Shown here: piece after piece, positions 9,622 to 21,025 of the stretch
Layout: the number at the start of each line of letters is the position of its first letter
How positions within the stretch are numbered: position 1 is the stretch's first letter
Source of the DNA: an uncultured Candidatus Cloacimonadota bacterium
GTDB taxonomy: Bacteria; Cloacimonadota; Cloacimonadia; JGIOTU-2
Direction of reading: 5' to 3'
Length of the DNA: 64,000 nucleotides
NCBI GenBank assembly: GCA_964398885.1
Contig: CAYNOU010000002.1
Coordinates: 22,762-86,761 of the forward strand
The notes under the pieces: model-generated
Told to the model about the DNA's origin: nothing
Databases searched by the model: none
The model's input: only the letters and a program-made list of their open reading frames with translations
Made by a program: the position numbers and the translations under genes

Positions 9622-9729
9622 ACAACCACTAGAATCTAATTTACTTTTTATAATATTTAATCATATCTGTGTTTATCTGTCCACCCTCCGTAGCATTGCT
9701 ATTGCGGAAGACGGGTGTAAATCTGTGGC

Positions 9730-10689
9730 TTATTTTTTGTAATATTCTATAATCTCTTTTAGGATATTATCCAGAGGAACTTTTGGTTCAAATCCTATAT
9801 CTTTTTTGGCTTTTGATATGTCAGGAACACGACGCCTCATATCTTCAAATCCCTCTTCATAAGCTTCATTATAAGGGATGAGCTTTATTACGGATAAACT
9901 ATTTGTTAGCTTTTTAATCTTTTTAGCAAGGTCCATAATAGTTATCTCTTTGTCTGAGCCTATATTATAGACTTCTCCAATGCATTTCTCTTCATTCATC
10001 AATTTAACTAACGCATTTACAATATCTCCAACATAGGTAAAGCAGCGAGATTGTTTGCCATCACCATAAACTGTTATAGGATGACCAAGCAGAGCCTGTT
10101 GAACAAACCTGGGGACGACCATTCCATATTGTCCTGTTTGACGAGGCCCGATGGTATTAAATAATCTTCCAATAACAACCGGAAGCTTCTTTTCGTGCCA
10201 ATATGCTAATGCCAAAAACTCATCAATTGCCTTTGCCTCTGCATAAGACCATCTGCGAATATTTGTAGAACCGTAAATTCTATCAGTGCCTTCCTTAAAT
10301 GGTAAAGAATTGGCTTTCCCGTATACCTCTGATGTGGATGCAATAAAAATCTTCTTTTTATACTGATTAGCTAACTGAATCATTATCTCGGTTCCGGCAA
10401 CATTCGTTTCAATGGTTTGAACGGGGTTATCCACAATAAAGCGAACCCCAACCGCAGCTGCTAAATGATAAACCTGCTCGCAATTTTTTATCAAGCTGTC
10501 CATCAGTTTTTTGTTGAAAATTGTATCAATATGGATTTCCAAATTTTCATTTCTATAAATTTGTCTGATGTTTGCCAATCTGCCTGTTGAAAGATTGTCA
10601 ACAATAGTAACCTGATGACCATTCTTAAGCAAATATTCAGCTAAATATGAACCTATAAACCCTGAGCCGCCTGTGATTAAAATTTTCAT
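9730..10689 (-). CDS. NAD-dependent epimerase/dehydratase (SDR family; UDP-sugar 4-epimerase or UDP-glucuronate decarboxylase-like).
   Basis: N-terminal Rossmann fold MKILITGGSGFIGSYLAEYL and the catalytic YAEAK (YxxxK). Confidence 0.75.
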   Translation of the reverse strand: MKILITGGSGFIGSYLAEYLLKNGHQVTIVDNLSTGRLANIRQIYRNENLEIHIDTIFNKKLMDSLIKNCEQVYHLAAAVGVRFIVDNPVQTIETNVAGTEIMIQLANQYKKKIFIASTSEVYGKANSLPFKEGTDRIYGSTNIRRWSYAEAKAIDEFLALAYWHEKKLPVVIGRLFNTIGPRQTGQYGMVVPRFVQQALLGHPITVYGDGKQSRCFTYVGDIVNALVKLMNEEKCIGEVYNIGSDKEITIMDLAKKIKKLTNSLSVIKLIPYNEAYEEGFEDMRRRVPDISKAKKDIGFEPKVPLDNILKEIIEYYKK

Positions 10690-10786
10690 ACCATCTCTCC
10701 TAACTTAATATCATCTCAAAACTTTACTCAAATTTACTGCATAAGATGAGAATAAATTTTTTAGGCAAGTTTTTCAGAAGGAAAGA

Positions 10787-11809
10787 TTAAAATGTGTAAT
10801 AAATTGAGTGAATGTTATAAAAAAGATATTTATTTTTTTTCTTAAGATTCTTCAAATACCATTTACAGGTTTTTCTTATTTCATCTTCAATTGTATGTTT
10901 TTGAACATATCCCATTTCGCGAATTTTTTCAGAATAGTATTCTGTTGATGTATCAAATTTTTTCATTCTGTCACTATTTATTGGTAAATCTTTTTTTGTA
11001 ATAAAAGCTAATATATCGAAAATTTTGCCGCCGAAAACAGCAAAAAATAATGGAATTCTAATAATTGGTAAACGGAATCCATCATTTAATGCAATAATTT
11101 CCATTAATCTTTTTACTGAAATATATGGTTTATCTAATGTATTGAAAATCTGCAAACCTGGCTTCATCCTTGATATTATAAAATCAGTCATCTCCACAAG
11201 ATTTTCCAATGAAATCATTGATTTAATATGTTTTCCATTTCCAATTGTTATCCAGGGTTTACGATGCATCATATTAATTAAATTATACATATTTGCGTAA
11301 TTATATGGACCATAAATTATTGATGGTCTTAAAAAGATAACTTGCCTTTTACTATCTTGCTTTAACCATTTTTCAATAACCTTTTCTCCAGCAAGTTTAC
11401 TTGCACCATATTCATTATCAGGTTGGAGCTTACCTGTTTCATCACAGGGAACAGATTTATGACCATATACAGAAACGGTACTGTAGTAAATGACTTTATT
11501 AATTTTTTGTTCAGAAGCGTATTCCATTAAAACTTTTGTGCCATATTCATTATTACTATAGTAGCTTTCTTTTGTGATTCCCCAATCGTGTTTCGCCGCC
11601 GCACAATGAATTATCAAATTAAAATGTTTATCATTAAATTTTCGTAAATCTTTTATATTCCGTATGTCCCCAATTATTGTATGTGGATGTTTTTCTCGTA
11701 AACAAATATCACTGTTATCTATCCCCCAAATCTCATGCCCTTTTTCCTCAAGGAACCACATCAATCTGGAACCGACAAATCCGTTTGAACCTGTGATAAA
11801 TATGTTCAT
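10787..11809 (-). CDS. NAD-dependent epimerase/dehydratase (SDR family).
   Basis: MNIFITGSNGFVGSRLMWFLEEKGHEIWGIDNS is a Rossmann GxxGxxG motif, and the size is SDR-like. Confidence 0.65.
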   Translation of the reverse strand: MNIFITGSNGFVGSRLMWFLEEKGHEIWGIDNSDICLREKHPHTIIGDIRNIKDLRKFNDKHFNLIIHCAAAKHDWGITKESYYSNNEYGTKVLMEYASEQKINKVIYYSTVSVYGHKSVPCDETGKLQPDNEYGASKLAGEKVIEKWLKQDSKRQVIFLRPSIIYGPYNYANMYNLINMMHRKPWITIGNGKHIKSMISLENLVEMTDFIISRMKPGLQIFNTLDKPYISVKRLMEIIALNDGFRLPIIRIPLFFAVFGGKIFDILAFITKKDLPINSDRMKKFDTSTEYYSEKIREMGYVQKHTIEDEIRKTCKWYLKNLKKKNKYLFYNIHSIYYTF

Positions 11810-11816
11810 TTTCCTC

Positions 11817-13043
11817 TTAATCTGCTTTCAATTCTAATAGAATTCTTTCAATTTTTTCTGCTAACTTTCTTCTATCATAAAATCTCTCAACGAACTTTCT
11901 GCCATTTTTACCCATCTGAGTTCTTATATTAGGATGATTTTTTAGCCAAAGGATTTGCTTTGACAGCTCATAATAATTCTCAGGCTCGTAAAAAAGACCG
12001 CCTCTACTTTCTTCCAAAATCTCTCTTGCTTCTCCAGCTACGCCTAATAAAACAGGAAGTTCACAAGCCATATAATCAAACAATTTAGAAGGAACGGTGC
12101 CAGAAAAAACTTTAGATTTTTTAAGAGGAACAACTCCACAGTGAGCAATTGATAGATATTTAGAAATTTCTTCTTTGGGCACTTCATCAAAAAACATAAC
12201 ATTTCTCAAATTTCGTGTTTCAGTAATAGTTTTCAATCTATCGTTTTCTAGCCCATCACCGATTAATAAAAAAAGTATATCTTCCTCATTCTTTAATTCG
12301 TTTGCAGAATATAGAAGTGTTTCCAATCCCTGAGCAAGTCCTAAGTTGCCAGCATATAGTACAACAAACTTGTTATTTAATCCTAATCGGTCACTAATAT
12401 TTTCATCATTAACTTTAATCCAATTGCTGACATCAGTACCGTTTCTGACAACTACGATTTTCTCTTTATTAATTCTCTTTTTGATAATTTCCTGCTTAAA
12501 GAAATTAGTAGCAGTAATAATTTTATCAGATATTATATAACACGCTCGTTCCAGTCGTCTGCTAAGTTTTATGAAGATTTTATTTTTTAACTCATTTAAT
12601 GCAATTGCTGCATCTGGCCAAAGGTCACGCACCTCAAATATAAATTTTGTTTTAGGAAAAATATGCTTTAATGCTATTCCAATTGCACCAACAAATAAAG
12701 GTGGAGAAGTTACATAAACAGTATCATATTGCTTCCAATTTATCATTGCATATATAAATCCCAAAATCATAAAACTGATATAAAATAGCAACCTTGTAAT
12801 AAAATTTTTATTAGGTGTAGCATAAACCCAAACCCGTAATACATCAAACCCATCCATTTTTTCATGACAAAAGATTTTTCTTCTGTATGCATCAAAGATT
12901 ACTCCTTTAGGATGATTGGGCATTTCAGTAAGAATAACGACTTTATGTCCTTTCTGCGATAAATATTTTGCATTAGCATAAGCTCTATTTGGCGGAGCAC
13001 AAGCTTCAGGTATAAAATATTGGGTAATATAAAGGATTCTCAC
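11817..13043 (-). CDS. Glycosyltransferase family 4 (WbuB-like).
   Basis: MRILYITQYFIPEACAPPNRAYANAKYLSQKGHKVVILT is typical of WbuB-type GT4. It has a C-terminal GT-B domain. Confidence 0.7.
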   Translation of the reverse strand: MRILYITQYFIPEACAPPNRAYANAKYLSQKGHKVVILTEMPNHPKGVIFDAYRRKIFCHEKMDGFDVLRVWVYATPNKNFITRLLFYISFMILGFIYAMINWKQYDTVYVTSPPLFVGAIGIALKHIFPKTKFIFEVRDLWPDAAIALNELKNKIFIKLSRRLERACYIISDKIITATNFFKQEIIKKRINKEKIVVVRNGTDVSNWIKVNDENISDRLGLNNKFVVLYAGNLGLAQGLETLLYSANELKNEEDILFLLIGDGLENDRLKTITETRNLRNVMFFDEVPKEEISKYLSIAHCGVVPLKKSKVFSGTVPSKLFDYMACELPVLLGVAGEAREILEESRGGLFYEPENYYELSKQILWLKNHPNIRTQMGKNGRKFVERFYDRRKLAEKIERILLELKAD

Positions 13044-14617
13044 TGATTCTTTCTAATAGTCGTAATTAATGTTTTTTTGTTTTCAAATGTTCCATAAATT
13101 TTAACTGTTTGTTTACTATCTTTCTGATACATTTTAGGGAAATAAGGTGTTGTAACTATTGAAAATTCATCGTCCGGAAATTCAAATACTATCTCATCAT
13201 TTATTATTAATTCATTTTTATTCCTTTTTAAAACAAGCATTTGAGTAAAATGAAAGTATAACTCAAAACTGTGATAATTTTTTCCGAACAAACGATCTTG
13301 TATCAAGAATCCATTATCTTTCTTCTTTATAATCCGTTGATGAATAATAGCCTTGTCCTTATAACAATTATATGAACATTGGAGGAAATCTTTACTAATT
13401 TTTTTATTAAAAAGTTTACCTCTTTTCCCAATTCTAAACACTTTCCAAAGTTCACATTGATTCTTTCCATCAATTACGATTGTATTGTGTGCAGATGTAG
13501 AACGGGCATACATCCTTTCTGCACTTTCTTCATAATCATAATTGCCTGTATCAATTAAAATGGGTTTGCCATTATCCCATAATAATATTGATAACATATC
13601 AGCATGTGAATGAGCAGGATTATACGCTGGATTTATTGGAGCACAATATAACATAATTTTTAAATCATTATTTTCAAGTATTGGATAATATTTTGAGATT
13701 TTATCATTAATAGACTTATCTTCTTCAATTTCTAGATTTGAAGCATATTCTTTTAATTGAGAAGGCAAAGGACATCCTTCATAGTTAACATCATTTATTT
13801 GCAAATATTTTTTATCTTCACTAAAATAATCTAACCAATGTAAACCTTTCTGAATTTTTTCAGATAATGCTTCTAAAAAATCCTCATATAATCCTTTAGC
13901 ATTGTTTTTAATAAGATTGTAAATATCTAATAAATCTTTTGTAAAAAGAGCGTGATATGTTGGAGAAAATTCAAAATGACAACCCTCATCATTTATCTGT
14001 TCATCAATTTGCTTTTTTAATTCATTCAATGCCCAATTTTCCCATTTCTTTACATTAAATAGAAATCCCAAATAAAGCAAAGCAACTATATTTTTAAAAA
14101 GATGATTTGTCAATAAACGATATTCTCTTTGATAGAAAAGCCAATACCCTTGAAGTAATAATGAATCAAAAATCTTTTTATCATAAATTGAATATTTAAT
14201 TATGAATTTTATCCAATTTACAACCCTTAACGATATAGGATAAGGTTCCCATCCCGATGATGATAAACTTGGGGGAGTTGATTCTATCCATTGATAAATT
14301 ATCTTTATTCCTTTTTCTTTATCAAAATTTTCAAGAAAATCAAAATAATGTAGTTGATAAATCCATAATTTGGGAATAGAGCTTTCTGCCCATTTTACTT
14401 CGTCAATTTTTATTTTCTTATTAAAAATTGTTATAGAATTTTTTATTTTTCTATTCAGAATTTTTAATTTCGGAATATCTTGAACATCATAACTCTTCTT
14501 GAATTTTTTATATCTCAAGCATAATTTATTTATTTTAATAACAAATGTCCAATAAATTTGAATTGGTTTCAAATATTTAATAGTTGATATGGAGCGAGAA
14601 ATTCTTTTTATGAACAT
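13040..14617 (-). CDS. Heparinase II/III-like family protein.
   Basis: 525 aa. The assignment is by weak resemblance of the Trp-rich N-terminal half to heparinase II/III-like proteins and by its conserved position between a GT4 and a bi-domain oxidoreductase, as recalled from capsule loci. Confidence 0.45.
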   Translation of the reverse strand: MFIKRISRSISTIKYLKPIQIYWTFVIKINKLCLRYKKFKKSYDVQDIPKLKILNRKIKNSITIFNKKIKIDEVKWAESSIPKLWIYQLHYFDFLENFDKEKGIKIIYQWIESTPPSLSSSGWEPYPISLRVVNWIKFIIKYSIYDKKIFDSLLLQGYWLFYQREYRLLTNHLFKNIVALLYLGFLFNVKKWENWALNELKKQIDEQINDEGCHFEFSPTYHALFTKDLLDIYNLIKNNAKGLYEDFLEALSEKIQKGLHWLDYFSEDKKYLQINDVNYEGCPLPSQLKEYASNLEIEEDKSINDKISKYYPILENNDLKIMLYCAPINPAYNPAHSHADMLSILLWDNGKPILIDTGNYDYEESAERMYARSTSAHNTIVIDGKNQCELWKVFRIGKRGKLFNKKISKDFLQCSYNCYKDKAIIHQRIIKKKDNGFLIQDRLFGKNYHSFELYFHFTQMLVLKRNKNELIINDEIVFEFPDDEFSIVTTPYFPKMYQKDSKQTVKIYGTFENKKTLITTIRKNQ

Positions 14618-14619
14618 TA

Positions 14620-16758
14620 CTAAATTGACAATGCTAATCCAGTTTTAATTGATTCAATTATTCTGAATGTTGAAAGGGTTGTTAAATAGAGCGATTTGAA
14701 CGATATAGGTGAAGGATTGTTGGTGATTATTGAATCAAAGAATTGCTGATATTCTTGTGCAAATCCCTTGTCTTGCCCTTTTGAGTGGTATTTTGATTTA
14801 TGTCCGTTTTTGTAAAATTCAGTAATATAGAAATTATACATCTTAACAGTTTTATTATCCGCACTTACTTCAAAGAATTCTTTGGGGAGAGATTTATCTC
14901 CTACTGCATGATATGTAATGTTTCCAATAGAACCATCTTCATAACTTATACATATATGAACAGAATCGTCATTTTCAAATTTCTTATTATCAGTTTTTAA
15001 TGAGATAGCAAAAACACGATTGGGTTTGCTATTAGAAATAAACTGCAGAAAATCAAGAAAATGACATACTTCGCCAATGATTCTTCCGCCACCTACCTCA
15101 GGATTTTGCACCCAATGTTCTGAAGGAATATCACCAGCATTTACAACATAATTCATAACTAATGGAGTAAATTTTTTATAAAAGAATTCTTTTATTTTTT
15201 TTGCATGTGATGAAAATCTTCTGTTAAAGCCAACCATTAAATGTTTAGGAAATTTTTCATACACTTTTTTAATCGCTTCCAAATCCTCTTCCTTGATAGC
15301 TAAAGGCTTTTCAACAAATACATTCTTATTAGATTTCAAGCATTCCATAACTAATTTTGAATGACTGTTATGAGGAGTAGTAATCATTACAGTATTAATT
15401 TTTTCATCTTTCAGAATATCTTCTAATGAGGAGGATATTTTATTAAATTGATATTTCTTCCCAATATGTGAAGATATAGTGCTATTGTAATCAACTAATG
15501 AATTAAGATTTACCTTCAGATTTTTTAAAGTAGGCAAAGCGATTGATTGTGAAAAATTACCTGCACCAACTAAAGCTAATTCAATTTTTGATACCATTTT
15601 TTTATTAGAAATTTTGATTATTGTTTCCTTTTTTATATCTTCGTCATAATTAAGGATTATACCCAAATAGGGTTCTTTTGTTTCACCGGTTAATAATTTA
15701 TAAGCATCAATAGCATCATTGAATTTAAATCTATGAGTAATAAGTTTATCAGGTGTAATTTTTCTTTGTTCAATTAATCTGATAATTGTTTTTAGGTTCC
15801 TTTGTTCTGTCCATCTAACATAAGAAATAGGATAATCAATTCCTTGTTCTTCATATATTGGGTCATATCTACCAGGACCGTAAGACATAGAAAGTTTACA
15901 CTCTAACTCCTTTTTATAATAAATATCCCTTGGTATCTCAATGGGAAACATGCCAACAATTATTATTCTTCCCTTAACTCTGCAGATTTCTCCGGCATTA
16001 TGCATAATTCGTTTTGACTTGGTTGAAGCAGTTAGAATTACACCATCAACTCCAATACCATTTGTAAAATCTTCTATAATGAAGAACATATCACTATAAA
16101 GTGCGGTTTTATCAGCCCCCATCTCCATGGCTAATGCTAATTTACTCTTGTCAATATCAACAGCAATCACATCACATCCATTAGCTTTGAGCAATTGAAT
16201 TGTTATTTGCCCAATCAAACCAGAACCAATAACAGCAATTTTTTCTCCGATTGTCGGATTTAATTGTCTTACGCCTTGCAAGGCAATGGCACCGACTGTA
16301 GCAAAAGATGCATTTTCAAATGAGACAGAATCTGGAATTTTTGTAAACAGATTTTTCGGAATGAAATTAATTTCTGAATGACTTGCATAACCAGCACCAG
16401 CACATGCAACTCTATCACCTTTTGAAACGCCCATAATATTCTTACCTGACATAATTACCTCACCAGCACAAGAATAGCCTAATGGAACAGGAGAATCTAA
16501 TTTTGTAAATACCTTTTTTATCGTTGGTCGCAATCCATCTCTTTTTACTTTCTCCAAAACTTGTTTAACTAAATCTGGTCTTGATTTTGCTTTTCCTAAT
16601 AATGACTTTTTAGCTAAATCAATCATCAATTTCTCTGTACCTGCAGAAACTAAAGACGATTTTGTTTGAATTAAAATTCCATCGTTTCCACACCCTGGTA
16701 TTGGCACTTCTGTCAAAATCATCTTTCCTGTTTTGTAGGATTGGATTATTTGTTTCAT
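14620..16758 (-). CDS. Bi-domain oxidoreductase. The N-terminal domain is a zinc-binding alcohol dehydrogenase (MDR) and the C-terminal domain is a Gfo/Idh/MocA NAD-binding oxidoreductase.
   Basis: The N-terminus has LVSAGTEKL...GxGxxG (IAVIGSGLIGQ). The C-terminal half has LVGAGNFSQS...TPHNSHSKLVMECLKSNKNVFVEKPLA (Gfo/Idh/MocA). Confidence 0.7.
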   Translation of the reverse strand: MKQIIQSYKTGKMILTEVPIPGCGNDGILIQTKSSLVSAGTEKLMIDLAKKSLLGKAKSRPDLVKQVLEKVKRDGLRPTIKKVFTKLDSPVPLGYSCAGEVIMSGKNIMGVSKGDRVACAGAGYASHSEINFIPKNLFTKIPDSVSFENASFATVGAIALQGVRQLNPTIGEKIAVIGSGLIGQITIQLLKANGCDVIAVDIDKSKLALAMEMGADKTALYSDMFFIIEDFTNGIGVDGVILTASTKSKRIMHNAGEICRVKGRIIIVGMFPIEIPRDIYYKKELECKLSMSYGPGRYDPIYEEQGIDYPISYVRWTEQRNLKTIIRLIEQRKITPDKLITHRFKFNDAIDAYKLLTGETKEPYLGIILNYDEDIKKETIIKISNKKMVSKIELALVGAGNFSQSIALPTLKNLKVNLNSLVDYNSTISSHIGKKYQFNKISSSLEDILKDEKINTVMITTPHNSHSKLVMECLKSNKNVFVEKPLAIKEEDLEAIKKVYEKFPKHLMVGFNRRFSSHAKKIKEFFYKKFTPLVMNYVVNAGDIPSEHWVQNPEVGGGRIIGEVCHFLDFLQFISNSKPNRVFAISLKTDNKKFENDDSVHICISYEDGSIGNITYHAVGDKSLPKEFFEVSADNKTVKMYNFYITEFYKNGHKSKYHSKGQDKGFAQEYQQFFDSIITNNPSPISFKSLYLTTLSTFRIIESIKTGLALSI

Positions 16759-16997
16759 ATATTTTACTCCAGTAAAATTTTTATTAAAAGAATATTTATT
16801 CTTTATCTACGCTCCAATAATTTTCATCAGTAATTGTTTTTCTTTTGCTATCAAATTTGCTGTAGAAATTTAATCATACGCTATGGAATCTAATTTACCA
16901 TTTTTTACCATAACAACTTCTTTACTCATAGTTGCAGGCTTTTTGAGTATCTGAAGTTTCCAAAAATTTGGATGCCCTGATTTTTATTCATAAATTT

Positions 16998-19519
16998 CTA
17001 TCTTATTATAATCATCTTCTTTATTTCATTGTAACTCTCAGTTTTCAGTTGATAAAAGTAAATACCATTAGAAAGTGGACTACCATTTTCATCTTTTCCA
17101 TCCCAGATGATATTAGTCATTTGACATTGATTATTAGTCATTTGGTAAAGAGTTCTCACCAACTGACCTTTTATATTATAGATTTTTATATTTGATAATC
17201 TATGTAAACCTGGGGCTAAAAAGGAAATAGTAGTGGAAGTGCTAAAAGGATTAGGATAATTCTGATATAATAATATATCTGATGAAGATGTATAGAAATC
17301 ATCAATACCTTCCCCTTGCCATTCATAACAACCCATATCAACAATACTATTATATATTCTTGGATTTCCATCCAAATCAAATGGTGGTAGATTAAGACCT
17401 GTTGTATCAGGATTACCAGCATCAATACAGGGAGAATCATAATATAAATGATAATTGCTATTTAGTGTATCTACAAACTGCGGGTCAACAAACAAGTTAT
17501 AATAGATGTCGCATGAATCCTCATTTGCATTGACCGTAACAATTACTCCGAAATATGGGGGCACTCCAAAACCATTTATATCATTTTGCCAAAATAGATT
17601 ATATTCCAAAGTAGTAAGGATAGAATCCGCATAAATCCCATAACCATAATCTTCTCCATTATTACTAAAAACTATATTGTTTAAAATATTAGGAGAAGAT
17701 GAATTGGTTCTAATTCCATATCCATAACCATAACCATAACCACTATTACTAGAATGATACATACTCCCACCATCACCTTTCCCTGCATTATCACCTATCG
17801 TGTTATTATTTATAATTGGAGAAGAATTATTACAATTTATACCAAAGCCATATCCCTTACCCCCAGAACAATATCCCTCACCAATTCCACCATCTCCGCC
17901 ATTATCACTTATAATATTATCGTTAATACTTGGATAGGATGAATTAACACAGTATATTCCTGAACCATAACCATCTTCTGCAGGCCAACTTAAAGACTTA
18001 CCGGCATTACCACCATTTTTAATAATTGTATTATTACTAATATTCGGAGATGAATTATCACAATAGATTCCATATCCATTACCAGAACCACTTGATGGTG
18101 TCCTACTTTCACTACCATTACCATTATTATTGCTTATAATATTGAAACCATATCCTTTACTACCTAAAAACTGATAATAATAATCTCCACCTTCACCGCC
18201 ATTATTACCTATAATATTATTGTTAATATCTGGACAAGATGAATTTACACAGTATATTCCTGAGCCATAACCATCTCCAGGAGGATTTCCATCACCACCA
18301 TCACGACCATTATTAATTATTGTGTTATTGCTAATACTTGGAGAAGATGCATCACAATAAATCCCATAAGTTGCATATTCAACTTTAGAGTATGAGATTA
18401 AACTATTGGAAGAAGAATTCCCTTCAAATTTAATATGATTCCAATCGTTATGACGAGGTTCCTGTTCTCCTGAAGTAAAAAGAATAGAATCTGTTTCTGT
18501 TCCTTCCGCAAATAAGGTGCCATAAATAGTAAAAGAATAAAAACCCATAAACTTAATAGTAACACCATGTTCAATTATTAAAGTATCACTGAAATTAACA
18601 GAAATATCACCAACTACATTGTATGTTTCACCTGTTGACCAAATACCACTTTGTGAGCCTATTACTTCAAGGCTGAGTGTTACATTAGCAAGCGTTGTAT
18701 CTTCAACAAATTCAATTTCCTCAGGAATAGTATAAGGTTCCCAACCTTCATGAGAATAATGAACAGTATAAATTCCTGCTGAAAGCATAATAGCAAATGA
18801 GCCATCTTCATTTGTAAAGGTGCTGTCTGTTGTTGCTGAAGGATTTACACCAGAAAATAGAACTTTTGTTCCTAAATGATTGCTCATTCCTGCTAAATAG
18901 CAGAAGCCATCAACAGTAATACAATCATGATTTAGTGTAATTCCCGTTAATGTTGTATCTTCAAGAAGTTCAATTTCACCAGGAATAGTATAAGATTCCC
19001 AATACTTATGAGAATATTGCACAGTATAAGTTCCCGAAGAAATCTCTATAGCAAATGAGCCATCTTCATTTGTAAAGGTGCTGTCTGTAAAAGCAGGTGG
19101 AGATACTGCATTGAACAATACCTTTGTTCCTGAATGGTCACTCATTCCTGCTAAATAGCAGAAGCCATCAATGGTAACATCAACACTATAGAGGGTAATG
19201 TCTGGCAAAGTAGTATCTTCAAAAAATGCAATTTGACCAGGTATAGTATAGGATCCCCAACCTTCATGGGAATAATGTACAGTATAAATTCCTTCTGAAA
19301 GCACTATAGCAAATGAGCCATCTTCATTTGTAAAGGTGCTATCTGTAACAGCGGAAGGACTAACAGCATATAAAAGAGAACCTTGGTTCCCGAATGGTCG
19401 CTCATTCCTGCTAAATAGCAGAAGCCATCAACAGTAACTGACCGTGTTTGTGCCATTGCATTATTACCAATAATTAAAGGTAATAATAGCAAGAATGTTA
19501 GAATTACAATTTTTTTCAT
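16998..19519 (-). pseudogene. T9SS-sorted secreted protein with three CarboxypepD_reg-like repeats and beta-helix repeats. It is disrupted by a frameshift near 19370-19385, which separates the signal peptide.
   Basis: The 71-aa ORF (19304..19519) carries the signal peptide plus the first GFCYLAGMSDHSGTKVLF repeat. The 768-aa ORF continues in another frame with the same repeat twice more, NNxI beta-helix repeats, and a C-terminal NYPNPF...KKMIIIR sorting domain. The three repeats are near-identical at DNA level, so an assembly artifact is possible. Confidence 0.55.
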
Positions 19520-19609
19520 TGTATCCTCCTTCTTTTAATAATTCTAAAATTCAGTATTTTCATTCCGAAATAATAATTACTAATTTTTTTTAATTATATT
19601 TAAAAATTC

Positions 19610-20986
19610 TCACTTTTCACAATTTACACAACCAGAACTAATTACATAATCACGAGTAGTAGTTGGTTCGCAAATAACTATTGGAGCTATCTTATTACCT
19701 TCAAGAAAATTTGTTCCAATATGATTATGGCAATTATTTTTCGTAATATAAACTCCATAATCCTGGGTTTTATTTTCATCAACTCTATCATCATAACATC
19801 TATTACCAACTATGTAATTATAAGTAGAATAAACAGGTGGTACTCCATAATTATGCACAAATATTCCAACTCTTTTATATCCTATGGGAAGTCCCTCAGC
19901 ATATAAACAATTATTGTATACAATGTTGTTCGCTATTAGGCAATTATCTGATGCATATACTGCTATTCCTTTAGTATTATTGCAGCTTACAATATTTTCT
20001 GTGACAATAACTCTTTTTGATCTCCAAAGGCAGATTCCTATATCTCCTCCACCTGAAACATGGTTTCCGCGGACAAAACTATTCTTACAATCATACATTG
20101 CTATCATATCAGCGTTACCATCAGTTGAATCTGCATCAAAATATGTAAAGTTTCCAAATATGTTATTATCGAAAACTCTTATATTATCATTCTTTACCAT
20201 ATTACCATTAGTTGTGAAAAAAATTGGGTAGCCACTATAACCTATTCCACCTAATTCTGATAAAGTATTTCTTTTAACGGTTATCTTCCTGCAATAATCA
20301 CCCTGAGTACATCCAACATATATTCCTCCACTTTTAATACCATAAAAATGGTTATTAATGATGTCTATTAATTCTGCCTTTCTAGTAATTACAATACCTC
20401 TAAAAAAATGTTGTAATTTACAATCTTCAATTATTATATATTGGCAATTACTAAAAACTGCTCCTCCACGAATCCATATTGCCATATCACCGCTTACTAA
20501 GTTACCCAATTTTCGTATATAACATTTTTTTACTTTTATCTCTGATGTCCTGATAGTATCATTGTCAGAACGGATCTCCAGGGCAGTGATTCGTTTTGTT
20601 AAATTATCACAAATAACATCTAAGTTTTCAATGATAATATTGCTTTGATCTATTATAAGGATACATGCATCGGAACCTGGCACACTCATAAATTTCAATG
20701 TTGCGCCCATGCCAATCGAGAATAATCTGGTATTTTGGGGCATACAAACAGGCTTATTTAATAACAATGTCATATTTTCAGAAATATAGACAGAACCACC
20801 GCCTGCTGAATCAGCAGTAGATATAGCTTTCAATAAAGCAGCAGTATCAACATTTTTATCACCCGTTCCTACATTTTCACCAAAATCTCTCACATCAAAA
20901 ATATCATCATCAATTCCAGCAAAAATGAAATTAGTAAAGGAGACTAAAATTAAAACAAGTAATAGCTTTTTCATTTTTTCTTCCAA
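19610..20986 (-). CDS. Secreted right-handed parallel beta-helix repeat protein (pectate-lyase fold), possibly a polysaccharide-modifying enzyme.
   Basis: Signal peptide MKKLLLVLILVSFTNFIFA. Repeated NNxxxG/NNIVYNN/RGNHVSG beta-helix turn motifs. Confidence 0.5.
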   Translation of the reverse strand: MEEKMKKLLLVLILVSFTNFIFAGIDDDIFDVRDFGENVGTGDKNVDTAALLKAISTADSAGGGSVYISENMTLLLNKPVCMPQNTRLFSIGMGATLKFMSVPGSDACILIIDQSNIIIENLDVICDNLTKRITALEIRSDNDTIRTSEIKVKKCYIRKLGNLVSGDMAIWIRGGAVFSNCQYIIIEDCKLQHFFRGIVITRKAELIDIINNHFYGIKSGGIYVGCTQGDYCRKITVKRNTLSELGGIGYSGYPIFFTTNGNMVKNDNIRVFDNNIFGNFTYFDADSTDGNADMIAMYDCKNSFVRGNHVSGGGDIGICLWRSKRVIVTENIVSCNNTKGIAVYASDNCLIANNIVYNNCLYAEGLPIGYKRVGIFVHNYGVPPVYSTYNYIVGNRCYDDRVDENKTQDYGVYITKNNCHNHIGTNFLEGNKIAPIVICEPTTTRDYVISSGCVNCEK

Positions 20987-21025
20987 TAATTTTTTATTTG
21001 TAACATTATAAAATTTATACCTTCT

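Noticed and set aside
9000-9730. tmRNA (ssrA) next to smpB.
   Set aside because: No tRNA-like acceptor/T-arm or resume-codon tag region was recognisable. Only tandem repeats and a palindrome are there.
16869-16930. 19-codon minus-strand mini-ORF MSKEVVMVKNGKLDSIAYD in the spacer downstream of the oxidoreductase.
   Set aside because: Too short and no supporting features. Could be chance.
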